From the IMG/VR virus record IMGVR_UViG_3300046791_000086, positions 1-60,355 of that record: DNA of 60,355 nt, one strand, 5' to 3'. The notes under the pieces are model-generated. The model saw only the letters and a program-made list of their open reading frames with translations. It was not told where the DNA came from and searched no databases. Positions 40,507 to 49,076 of the stretch are shown piece after piece (position 1 is the first letter of the stretch; every line of letters begins with the position of its first letter). Position numbers and translations under genes: made by a program. The stretch is from a virus.

Positions 40507-41853
40507 TCATAACCAACTCGCCGCACAGATGTTCTTTATTACACTTGCAGCAGTTGAAAACCCTGGATCATTAGTTGTTGCGTTTTCCGTTGTCAGTGCA
40601 GACCATGTTGAAACTCTATAAACAGCACCGCTATTGGTGTAATCTTCATTAAGAACAGCCGTATCAGTTCCGTTATAAACAGTCGATTGTGCTCCTGTGC
40701 CTCCATTCCTAGAAACACAAACGATAAATCCTCCATTCTTTACTTCGATGTCTGTAACTGTTTTGGAAGTTCCGACAGTATTGGAGGTGCCAGAATCAAC
40801 GGCTGTTGAACTAGCTGGCTTAGAGAAAAACGTAGAACACTGTGTAGTAGAAACAGTTCCACTAAACGTAGCTACCACATCACCAAACGTCCCAGTAACA
40901 CCAGTTGCAGTTATAATTGCACTTCCACCACCGTTAGTTGGTGCATTATGTGCTTGTTGGACGATAGTTGCTGCAACACCACCAATCGTAGCAGACGAGA
41001 GTGATCTGTCTGAACCAGCCCCCCACGTTATTACAGCAATTACCATTCTACCAGAAATGTCTGGTCCAAATGGCATAGCACTAAACGTAGCTGGAGAAGT
41101 ACCGCTACCGTCCACTGCCAGATAGTAGTCTAATCCGGACTGGGGTAGGCTACTCGAAGCGGCCCAGCATTGACCAATCATACGCTTAAAGACGCTGTTT
41201 GTGGTGGTAGCTGTCCAGTCATTTGTTAAGACGGATTCTGTCGCAACAATACTAGCAGAGTTAAAACGCTGAGGTCCGTCGTTTGCTGACTCGTTATCCT
41301 CAACTGGAGAGTCTACACCAGTGTACGTGGTTGCGATGTCATCTGTTGCGTGGTTATTCAGTGTTGCTACTATATTAAAACCACCAATAACCGTGCGAAG
41401 ATCAAGAATCTGAACAGTCGTCGCAGTGGCCGTTGCGGCCTTATGCTGGACAGGCACAGGAGCAACTAGAGTGCTACGATACACATGAACGATCAGGTTC
41501 GCGGTAGTGCCAGTACCTGTCAGAGTGACAACAATATCACCAGTTGCCCCTGCTGGAACTGCAGCCATAAAGGCGCAAACTCCGTCAGTCCCGACAGAAC
41601 TTTGGTGGATGATAGTTGCTGCTATTCCTCCAATAGTAGCTGCTGAAACTGATTTTGTGGCACTAGTCCATCCTGCTACACAATGGATGGTTCGGTTAGT
41701 ATTTGCTGGACCAAGGGCAACTGCAGTGAATGTATAAGTATTTAGGTTCGTGTTATCCAACACTGTTGTCTGATAACCGAGCCTAACAACAGGTGCAGGT
41801 GAGACTGCATTGAAGCCGTGGAGTTGATTTACCTTAAACATCGGTGTCAGCAT
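40507..41853 (-). CDS. Fibre/receptor-binding-like protein with an internal domain duplication (448 aa)
   Basis: ORF track. Two ~220-aa halves share ATIGG(I/V)AATI, GGF(N)IV and C(W)AAS(S/W) landmarks. Ser/Thr/Gly/Asn-rich. Confidence 0.6.
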   Translation of the reverse strand: MLTPMFKVNQLHGFNAVSPAPVVRLGYQTTVLDNTNLNTYTFTAVALGPANTNRTIHCVAGWTSATKSVSAATIGGIAATIIHQSSVGTDGVCAFMAAVPAGATGDIVVTLTGTGTTANLIVHVYRSTLVAPVPVQHKAATATATTVQILDLRTVIGGFNIVATLNNHATDDIATTYTGVDSPVEDNESANDGPQRFNSASIVATESVLTNDWTATTTNSVFKRMIGQCWAASSSLPQSGLDYYLAVDGSGTSPATFSAMPFGPDISGRMVIAVITWGAGSDRSLSSATIGGVAATIVQQAHNAPTNGGGSAIITATGVTGTFGDVVATFSGTVSTTQCSTFFSKPASSTAVDSGTSNTVGTSKTVTDIEVKNGGFIVCVSRNGGTGAQSTVYNGTDTAVLNEDYTNSGAVYRVSTWSALTTENATTNDPGFSTAASVIKNICAASWL

Positions 41854-44800
41854 TCGTCGTGAAGTAAAGCGTTACGCCATGCAGACGAGCATCTATAGCC
41901 ATTGTATCTGAACCATTGGCTGGAGTGCGGTAGACACGGAATGAAACTAAGTCCTCTGCCGCAGGAGTACCCGCGATGGTAATAGCAGCAGACGCAGGGC
42001 CTACATAGATGGTATTAGTCGTGCCGCCGGTATCGGTAGAAGTTTGACCAGAGCCAAAGCTAGCATCTCCAGCATCACCATCAGAACACGCGACAGCATC
42101 CATCGTCCAGACGACACCGAAGTTAGTAGTCGTAGCTGCGTGAGACCATGTAGGAACGAAGGTTACTGTTGAGAGGTTCCAGCTCTTCAGCATCCGAACC
42201 TGGAACTGGACGTACTCCTGCGTGGAGGTGTCAAAGTCAAAAGTCGGGAAAATAACTCCATGGCTTGTTGGCTGGATTGCGCCAGCCGCAGGACCATTGG
42301 TTATATCCGCGACCATCGCAGTCGCAGGTATCCAGAGAGTATGAATACCCTGCGTGCTGCCGACAGTAGATGTGACTGTGATTGTATCTGTGCCAGCGTT
42401 GGTAGTAATCGCAATACCAGTACCAGCAACTAAGGTCAAGGTGTCTGCCGAGGCGTCTGCAACGACATCGCTTTGGCCAGAAACCGAGATGGTAGAGAAC
42501 GTGTTCTGAGTGGAAGACCCAGTAATAGTGATTGTATCAGTGCTGGCGTTGGTAGTGATAGTGATACCTGTGCCAGCCACAAGGGTCAAAGTATCCGAGG
42601 TAGAGTCAGCCACCACGTCGCTCTGCCCAGAAACCGCAATGGTAGCGAAGGTGTTCTGGCTGGCTGAGCCGGAGATTGTGATGGTATCAGTACCGGCGTT
42701 GGTAGTGAGAGTAATTCCACTACCAGCCACAAGAGTCAAGGTGTCTGAGGTAGAGTCCGCGACTACATCACTTTGGCCGGAGATGGTGATAGTGCCGAAG
42801 GTATTCTGTGTAGCACCTCCGGTAAAGGTGATTGTATCGGTGCTTGCATCAGTGGTAATAGTGATACCAGTGCCACCAACAAACGTCAAGGTGTCAGAAG
42901 TAGCATCTGCAACAACATTGCTCTGACCAGAGACAGCCAGGGTAGAGAAGAGATTCTGGTCGCCGGTATTGGTGCCAGTAATGGCGTCGAGCTTGGCCTT
43001 GTCTACCGCTGACATCAGGCCCTTGAGCACGGTCGTAGCGACGTTCAAGAGCGCCGTCTGGGCCGCGGCATCTGCGGCTGTGAGCATCGCCCGGCCCGCA
43101 GCGGTAGCGTCAGTGATCGCGGTAGAGGCAATGGCTATGGCCACATTCGCAGCCGCAGTAATCAACCCCTTCGCGTTAACAGTGAACTGCGCCACGCTCG
43201 CAGCCAGGCCCCAGGAGCCAACATTGGCATTCACTGTGGCAAGGGTCGTAACATTGCTCCCTGCCGGGGCAGAGATGTCACCTGTCAGCGCCGCGCGGCT
43301 AAGGAGCGGGGTGCCGTCCACGTACACAAACGTGGAGTCTATCATCGCCCCGATAGCGTCCTGTGCCTGCTCATCCGAGTAGGTGCCAGCCGGAGTGCTA
43401 ATAGTAATGGTTCGATTTATGGCGTCGGTGCCAATGCTGATATTCGGCCCAGCTACAATAGTCAAAACATCCGCCGCAGCCGTGGCCACAACATCTGTCT
43501 GCGTAGCCACCCGCACGGTCTTGAAAGTAAGCTGGTCGCCGGTATTAGAGCCAGCCAAGTCCAGCATGGTCTTAACAGTGGCCTTGGACAAGACCTCCGG
43601 CGCGCCGGTCCCAGCAGTGTTTCGGCCCAGGAAGCTGCCCGTGGCCATGTCGGCCATCTTGGCCAGCGTCACAACGCCGGGGTCTATCGTCCAGACAGTC
43701 CCAGAACCAGAGACGGTGATGTCGCCCCAGTCTCCATCTGAAACCCCAGTGCTGGACCCCACCACCATCTTAACAATGGTCCACTCATTCGTGGCGATCT
43801 TCTTGATCCAGAGCGCGTCAAACCGTCCAGTGAGAACCACCGAGCCAGCCACCACGCCGTTGACCGTAACCGTTGCTGCGCCGATGACAGTCTTATTCCC
43901 AGTCCCATACATCTGCACAACCATCTCTGTGCCGATTGGGTGGGGCTGGTTAGAGTTCTTTGGCAGGGTAAAGACCTGTGTGCCATTTCGCTTGGCAACT
44001 ATCCAGTTCTTTGCATACGCAGTTCCGAGTGTTAGAGTCGCTGCAGTGGTGTTTCTGGTGGTAAAGTTGGAGATAAACGTCGTGGCTCCAATGAACCACG
44101 TGAGCCCGGTGGTGCCCAAGGTAATCGGGTCAGCGGTAAGAAGCTGGGCCTGGAGGCCCGCGCTGTCGCCCTCTTCAATCGGAACGACTTTGGCGCTGGT
44201 GATTGTGTCTCCAACGTCCCAGCCCGGCGCAATATCCCACGCGCCGCTTCGCGCCAGCCAGACCCTGTTATCCTTCGCTAGGGTCTGTGCATTGAGCAAG
44301 ACCCTTTGGCCGTCTGTCAGCGTGACTGGGTTGCCAGGGTTTAGAGTCTGAAGCCCCGAGAGCACAAGGTTGCCGTCAGTCAAATTCGACGCCACCACTA
44401 CGGACTCTTCGTAGTCTGTAACCGCCGTGCCGCCGCCGATGACGGAGAGCTTAACCTGGCCGGGCGTGGAGTAGTCGGCTACGATAGAAGTGCTATCGGT
44501 AAAAATCCTGGCATTAGGGACTAAGACATTAGCCTCTTCTACCCAGACCTTAGCCGCTGCAGGGACAAAGAGCCCGTCTCCTTCGGTCTCAGTCAAGTAT
44601 TGTGGGTGGGGGTCAAGGTCTGCGAGGTGCGCGGCCATGATACTGGCCGCTTGGCCCAGCAAGTCATACCTCGCGTCCCCACGGGCCTCATTCAAATACT
44701 GGGGATGGTCGTCGTCTCCGAGCCCTGACAGCGCGCCGTGGTCTGTGATCCCCACCGGGGCCACAATCCAGTCCGCGCCATCAAAAATATACTCCGTATT

Positions 44801-45151
44801 ATCCGCTTGGTTATAGGCTTCGGTGCCTTCTACAGGCACCACAAATAACCACTCTCCACCGTCCCAAGTGGCAATCTGGTCGTTCTTACCCAGCCAAACC
44901 CCAGTCCCCAGAAAAACTACATACGAGTCTCTTTCCGTCGGGGCCAACGGTGGGTCAGAGATCGCCATGCTGATGACAATAAATCTCGCCGCGCCGGCAG
45001 TAGCCTTGGTGCCACGGTGGATAGTATCCGCTACCAAGTCTACAATATCCGTCAGAGTCTCGTGCGCGTCTACAGCGTCGATGTCCCCAGTTTCATTCTC
45101 GACATAAACTATGTCGATCTGTGTCTGGATTTCTGCAGGAGTCTTAACCAT
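41834..45151 (-). CDS. Long tail fibre protein (1105 aa)
   Basis: N-terminus ATWDGGEWLFV..AYNQADNTEYIFDGADW (DUF2793-like), DDHPQYL / DPHPQYL motifs, and four to five tandem ~50-aa repeats. Confidence 0.8.
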   Translation of the reverse strand: MVKTPAEIQTQIDIVYVENETGDIDAVDAHETLTDIVDLVADTIHRGTKATAGAARFIVISMAISDPPLAPTERDSYVVFLGTGVWLGKNDQIATWDGGEWLFVVPVEGTEAYNQADNTEYIFDGADWIVAPVGITDHGALSGLGDDDHPQYLNEARGDARYDLLGQAASIMAAHLADLDPHPQYLTETEGDGLFVPAAAKVWVEEANVLVPNARIFTDSTSIVADYSTPGQVKLSVIGGGTAVTDYEESVVVASNLTDGNLVLSGLQTLNPGNPVTLTDGQRVLLNAQTLAKDNRVWLARSGAWDIAPGWDVGDTITSAKVVPIEEGDSAGLQAQLLTADPITLGTTGLTWFIGATTFISNFTTRNTTAATLTLGTAYAKNWIVAKRNGTQVFTLPKNSNQPHPIGTEMVVQMYGTGNKTVIGAATVTVNGVVAGSVVLTGRFDALWIKKIATNEWTIVKMVVGSSTGVSDGDWGDITVSGSGTVWTIDPGVVTLAKMADMATGSFLGRNTAGTGAPEVLSKATVKTMLDLAGSNTGDQLTFKTVRVATQTDVVATAAADVLTIVAGPNISIGTDAINRTITISTPAGTYSDEQAQDAIGAMIDSTFVYVDGTPLLSRAALTGDISAPAGSNVTTLATVNANVGSWGLAASVAQFTVNAKGLITAAANVAIAIASTAITDATAAGRAMLTAADAAAQTALLNVATTVLKGLMSAVDKAKLDAITGTNTGDQNLFSTLAVSGQSNVVADATSDTLTFVGGTGITITTDASTDTITFTGGATQNTFGTITISGQSDVVADSTSDTLTLVAGSGITLTTNAGTDTITISGSASQNTFATIAVSGQSDVVADSTSDTLTLVAGTGITITTNASTDTITITGSSTQNTFSTISVSGQSDVVADASADTLTLVAGTGIAITTNAGTDTITVTSTVGSTQGIHTLWIPATAMVADITNGPAAGAIQPTSHGVIFPTFDFDTSTQEYVQFQVRMLKSWNLSTVTFVPTWSHAATTTNFGVVWTMDAVACSDGDAGDASFGSGQTSTDTGGTTNTIYVGPASAAITIAGTPAAEDLVSFRVYRTPANGSDTMAIDARLHGVTLYFTTNADTDV
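42371..42970 (-). repeat. Four tandem 150-nt coding repeats inside the tail fibre gene
   Basis: Exact 150-nt period (landmark ATTGTATC / ATGGTATC at 42381, 42531, 42681, 42831). They encode TF.TI.VSGQSDVVAD.TSDTLTLVAGTGITITTNA.TDTITI. A diverged fifth unit lies at about 43395..43545. Confidence 0.9.
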
Positions 45152-45753
45152 TACGCAATCGCAATTCCATTAGAGTCTGCATCAACAACTGCTTGTGGGT
45201 TAGTGGCTGTTACAGTGCAACTGAGAGTTGTTCCTGAGTCTGCAAGGACAACTAGATACGTGTTGCTGGTAGCAAGGAGCACAATCGCTGCGCCAGCACG
45301 TTTCCACTGGTAAGTAAACGTGGGCGTTGGAACGCCGGTCCAGGTTCCAGTCGTCACCGATAGCAAGCTACCCACCGTGGCCGTGCCGGAGGCTACCGGG
45401 GCGACGGTGTTAACTGGCGGGGTCTGGATGATTACATCATTAGAAGCCGCACTCGCGCTGCCACTTGCATTCGTAGCCGTGACCACACAGCTTACAGTCT
45501 TAGTCGCGTCCCCGAGGACAGACGTGTAAGAGTTTGTTGTCTCCAGCGCAATATCAACGCCATCGAGCTTCCACTGGTAAGTGAAAGTCGGCTGAGGCAC
45601 TGCGGCCCAGTAGCCGTCGGAGACTGTAAGCACCCCGCCGACCGCGAGGCTTCCAGTGATTGCTGGCGAGGTGCCAATGACCGGGGCCGAGGCCAGAGTG
45701 TTCCAATGGCTTGACTGTCGCTTAGGCGACAGCCCCAAGACAATCCCGAGCAT
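45151..45753 (-). CDS. Protein with two tandem Ig-like domains (200 aa)
   Basis: Internal ATG of track ORF 45151..45849, 1 nt after the upstream stop. Two repeats, each containing TFTYQWK and (S)CxVTATN. Confidence 0.65.
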   Translation of the reverse strand: MLGIVLGLSPKRQSSHWNTLASAPVIGTSPAITGSLAVGGVLTVSDGYWAAVPQPTFTYQWKLDGVDIALETTNSYTSVLGDATKTVSCVVTATNASGSASAASNDVIIQTPPVNTVAPVASGTATVGSLLSVTTGTWTGVPTPTFTYQWKRAGAAIVLLATSNTYLVVLADSGTTLSCTVTATNPQAVVDADSNGIAIA

Positions 45754-45754
45754 C

Positions 45755-46018
45755 TTAGTAGAGCCCGACCATGTTTGTGGCCGAGGTGCCGGTGCTATGC
45801 ACTCGGCGTGCGAGGATCGGCAGTAGCACCCCCGCAGGGACTGCCACAAACGTACAGCGGGTATTATCTTCCATCACCGCGACGACATCTCCTGCGCCGC
45901 CAACGTATATTCCCCGGACTACGAAGCCGAAGTCTACCGTGTCTGATTTGGTGATTGCGAAGTATCCAGCCGAAGGCGCCTGAGAGATAAGGGCACTGGA
46001 AAAAGAGCGGTCAACCAT
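45755..46018 (-). CDS. Hypothetical tail-module protein (87 aa)
   Basis: ORF track. TAGGAG upstream. Confidence 0.6.
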   Translation of the reverse strand: MVDRSFSSALISQAPSAGYFAITKSDTVDFGFVVRGIYVGGAGDVVAVMEDNTRCTFVAVPAGVLLPILARRVHSTGTSATNMVGLY

Positions 46019-46051
46019 TGAAGTCTCCTATGAGTTGGTCGTCGTGGGCAA

Positions 46052-46079
46052 AGCATATGCTCTTTGCAGAGCAAGTCAA
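46052..46079 (-). promoter_or_regulatory. Sigma70-like promoter TTGACT-16-TATGCT (minus strand)
   Basis: -35 at 46079..46074, -10 at 46057..46052. About 30 nt upstream of the ATG at 46018. The -10 lies inside a near-palindrome centred on CATATG. Confidence 0.45.
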
Positions 46080-46150
46080 GAGCCAAGAGACTAAAAGGGA
46101 GCTAGGATGGGTGTAGCCCTCGGCCCACTATGCCTTCGGCATACAGCCCA

Positions 46151-47362
46151 TCACAGGGCTTCCATGAGCTGTGCTTGTTCCCATGTCACTGGGTAGCAGT
46201 CATTCACACGGCCAATGACCAAGCACTCAAACGTGCGGTCTGGGTCCGGGGCGTTGGTAAGGATATAGCTCCACCCCGTGAACCCGTCTGTCCAGCCATT
46301 GGGTGTGATCGTAAGCCCAGAACCACCAGTCACTGCACTTGGGAAGTCTATACTTCCCGCAGACATGCTAGTCTTTTCATACGGCCCATCATCAAAGCTC
46401 GCACTTCCCCGGCCAAACACTGCGCCAGCATGATCGCCGGTGAAGGCGAAGAGGCCGACGTTAGCGTTGTCTCCGCCGTCAGTCGCTGCAACCGGGAACG
46501 CAAACACAGCCTCCAGGTTTTCAATATGCGTCGAGCCGTGAACCTGTGTATAGGTGCCATCTTCCTTGTTGCTCAAGTCCCAGAGCGTTCTTGTCAGCCT
46601 CGCGCGGCCCTTGAAGTTCAGCGCCAAATACCCAAGGTCTTTCACCGCAGCCAGGCTGTTCAGCGCCGTGACGGTGAAGCCGTTGCCGGTAATGAGCGAA
46701 ATATCATAAGATGCACGAAGCGGGCTGGACGGCGCGCCGTCTAAGACATCAGCCAGCACAATCTTCTCAGTGTCTTTGGTCAGATGCTTGCGGTTTATCG
46801 CTCCAGCATCGCTATTAACACTGGTCGAGTCCCCGTCCACTCCCGCATAGCCGACCATTGCCCGCTTGGCGGTGTCGTCCCCAGTGAAATAGAACCCAGT
46901 TGAAATGCCAAAGCGATTTTCTGAGTGGGCAAACTGCAAGAAAGTACTGGCCGCTAGGATCAGTTCACTTCTAAAGCCTATATCCTCTAGCTTTCTTCCT
47001 GTTTGCTCTGGGCTCTCAACCACCCCGGCCTTCGCTTGCATCGTCGGCCCAGAGAAAAATACCACAAAGCCCTTATGCCCAGAGCCTGAGACCAGGTCCC
47101 AGTGGATACGAATACCATCCTCGATGAAGTCTACAAAGTGTGCTTGCGCGGTTATGTCCGCGCCGTCAGTGATAATAATACACCCATCCTTGACTGCGAA
47201 GCGTTGGAGCACCATTGTGCTGCCACCATCATTAGCGAAGGTGGCGAAAGCCCACTGGCTCTCTCCATCCGTCGCCCCCAGGCCAACATTTATATCACTC
47301 GTCGCAGCGTCCTCTGACGCCGCGCCACCAAGGTAAAACAAAGCTGCAACAGGCTTTACCAT
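46151..47362 (-). CDS. Hypothetical tail-module protein (403 aa)
   Basis: ORF track. Start abuts the upstream stop (TAAGATG). Confidence 0.65.
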   Translation of the reverse strand: MVKPVAALFYLGGAASEDAATSDINVGLGATDGESQWAFATFANDGGSTMVLQRFAVKDGCIIITDGADITAQAHFVDFIEDGIRIHWDLVSGSGHKGFVVFFSGPTMQAKAGVVESPEQTGRKLEDIGFRSELILAASTFLQFAHSENRFGISTGFYFTGDDTAKRAMVGYAGVDGDSTSVNSDAGAINRKHLTKDTEKIVLADVLDGAPSSPLRASYDISLITGNGFTVTALNSLAAVKDLGYLALNFKGRARLTRTLWDLSNKEDGTYTQVHGSTHIENLEAVFAFPVAATDGGDNANVGLFAFTGDHAGAVFGRGSASFDDGPYEKTSMSAGSIDFPSAVTGGSGLTITPNGWTDGFTGWSYILTNAPDPDRTFECLVIGRVNDCYPVTWEQAQLMEAL

Positions 47363-47363
47363 C

Positions 47364-48128
47364 TTACACCCAAACTATGTCCTGGTCTATGGCAGTACCC
47401 GGTTCCGTGAACTCTACCACATGAACCTCAAAACACCCCAAGGCGTCAATTCCGCCACCGCCGGGAGGTGGCTCCGGGAGCAAAACTCCCCAGCTCGCTC
47501 CGGCAATAGCCATGTTACCGCCACCAGTATCCCACGCCGCGCCAATGGCCCTGCCAGCAGCTTCATTTGAAATCACGCTTCCTTGAATTGCCCTGCAGCC
47601 ACCTTCCCCTGACAGCACGCTATCAGTATCCGTCGTGAGAGCATCAATGCCAGCGTATGTCAAATGTGCTGTGCCGGGGTCTGCTCCGGTAAAGACAACG
47701 ACGCCAAAGCCCCCGACAACCATCGTCAAGCCGCCAGCCACGCCAATGCTAGGACCACCGTTGATGTTCCCGTTGCCGCTTATCGCCACCGGGCTCACCG
47801 GGCCAACTGCATAAACCGTGACCTTCACCGATGTCACACCTGCGCTGGTCCAGTGCAAATGTATATCTACATGCTCGCCAGTGTCAATACTGTACCTACA
47901 AACAGACGCACCAGTAGAACCAGTCCTGCCAGTACACTCATGCACACTGGCATGACCATCTACACTCAGAGAGCTAAGGCTGCTGAAACTATGGTGCGTC
48001 CAGCTAACGGCAAAGATCAAGACCCTGCCAACATACGCCGGGCCGATATAGACTGTATTGAAAGTAATGTCCTGCGCGGCAGTAGCCGTATCATTGACGA
48101 CAGTGATCTTGGTAAGCGCGACAGTCAT
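47364..48128 (-). CDS. Fibre/receptor-binding-like protein, paralogous to the domains of 40507..41853 (254 aa)
   Basis: ORF track. Shares the landmarks (LSSLSVDG, GGFGVVVF, AGASWG) with both halves of the 448-aa protein. Confidence 0.6.
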   Translation of the reverse strand: MTVALTKITVVNDTATAAQDITFNTVYIGPAYVGRVLIFAVSWTHHSFSSLSSLSVDGHASVHECTGRTGSTGASVCRYSIDTGEHVDIHLHWTSAGVTSVKVTVYAVGPVSPVAISGNGNINGGPSIGVAGGLTMVVGGFGVVVFTGADPGTAHLTYAGIDALTTDTDSVLSGEGGCRAIQGSVISNEAAGRAIGAAWDTGGGNMAIAGASWGVLLPEPPPGGGGIDALGCFEVHVVEFTEPGTAIDQDIVWV

Positions 48129-48132
48129 AGCC

Positions 48133-49074
48133 CTACCCGTTCAGATCGCGGGAGAGCTTGAAGGAGATGCCTATAGAGCCAAGGGTCTCGTCCAAGTCGG
48201 TAGGGAAGTCCAAGACCAGTCGGTCTGTTGCCGCGAAGGAGACCTCAGTGTCCATGACTATCGTGCCGACGTTCGAGGCGTCGGTGAAGGTCACAGTGCC
48301 GATTTCTGTATCGTTCTTGCGAATGGAGATCTCCACGTCAGCAGACGGCAAGACCTCTGCATAGGCGTAAGACCCTGGGGCGTCGGCCAGCAAGGTATAC
48401 GTCCTTAGCAGAACCAAGACACAGTTCATGTCTGGTAGCGGCTGGTCGATGGAGAAGCACGCGGGCACAAACACCGTGCCAACAGGCACAGCATTCAAGA
48501 CAAACCAGTCCCCCGAGGCATCATCGTAGGTCATCTGGACGAGATTACCAACCACAATCTCGCCGCCCTCTAGCGGCGCGGGGCCAAGATACGTGTCCTT
48601 AACCAGCTCCTTTGGCCCGTTAGTCTCTGGGCCGGGCCAAGTGACTGTGACCTGCGCTGGGCCATCGTTTGTAGCCCCAGCAACGAAGCAAACCACTTGC
48701 CCAGCAACTGGGTTGCCAGACTCTATCGCCAGGTCTCCATTCACCAAGTCCACGGAAAGATTATTGGCTGTGCCGGTGGCCGTGCCGCCCCAGAGCACAG
48801 GCGAGGTCTCAAACACGGAGACCTCCAAGTCCCAAATCCCTACCAGGTTCACATCCTGCACGACTTGGCGGTAGACCCCGTTGCCATAGATAAGAGCCCG
48901 GCCAGCGGAGTCCAGGTCTATGGGCGTGGAGTTCAGCGTAGTCTCCCCAGCCTCCTGCCAAGTGTCCTTCGGGGTTGTGCTGCTGGGCACGTACATATAC
49001 ACATGGCCGCCCGCCAGCGGTACGCCATCGGCATCAAAAAACTGCTGCAGTCCGTTTGGAATTATCTTGGCCAT
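48133..49074 (-). CDS. Tail fibre/tailspike-type protein (313 aa)
   Basis: N-terminus NGLQQFFDADGVPLAGGHVYMYVPSSTTPKDTWQ...LDSAGRALIYGNGVYRQVVQD resembles the conserved N-terminal adaptor of podophage fibres and spikes. Confidence 0.6.
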   Translation of the reverse strand: MAKIIPNGLQQFFDADGVPLAGGHVYMYVPSSTTPKDTWQEAGETTLNSTPIDLDSAGRALIYGNGVYRQVVQDVNLVGIWDLEVSVFETSPVLWGGTATGTANNLSVDLVNGDLAIESGNPVAGQVVCFVAGATNDGPAQVTVTWPGPETNGPKELVKDTYLGPAPLEGGEIVVGNLVQMTYDDASGDWFVLNAVPVGTVFVPACFSIDQPLPDMNCVLVLLRTYTLLADAPGSYAYAEVLPSADVEISIRKNDTEIGTVTFTDASNVGTIVMDTEVSFAATDRLVLDFPTDLDETLGSIGISFKLSRDLNG

Positions 49075-49076
49075 GG

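Noticed and set aside
41834-45151. Diversity-generating retroelement targeting a fibre gene.
   Set aside because: No reverse transcriptase ORF is present. No template/variable repeat pair with adenine-specific differences is present. The repeats are in-frame tandem units of the shaft.
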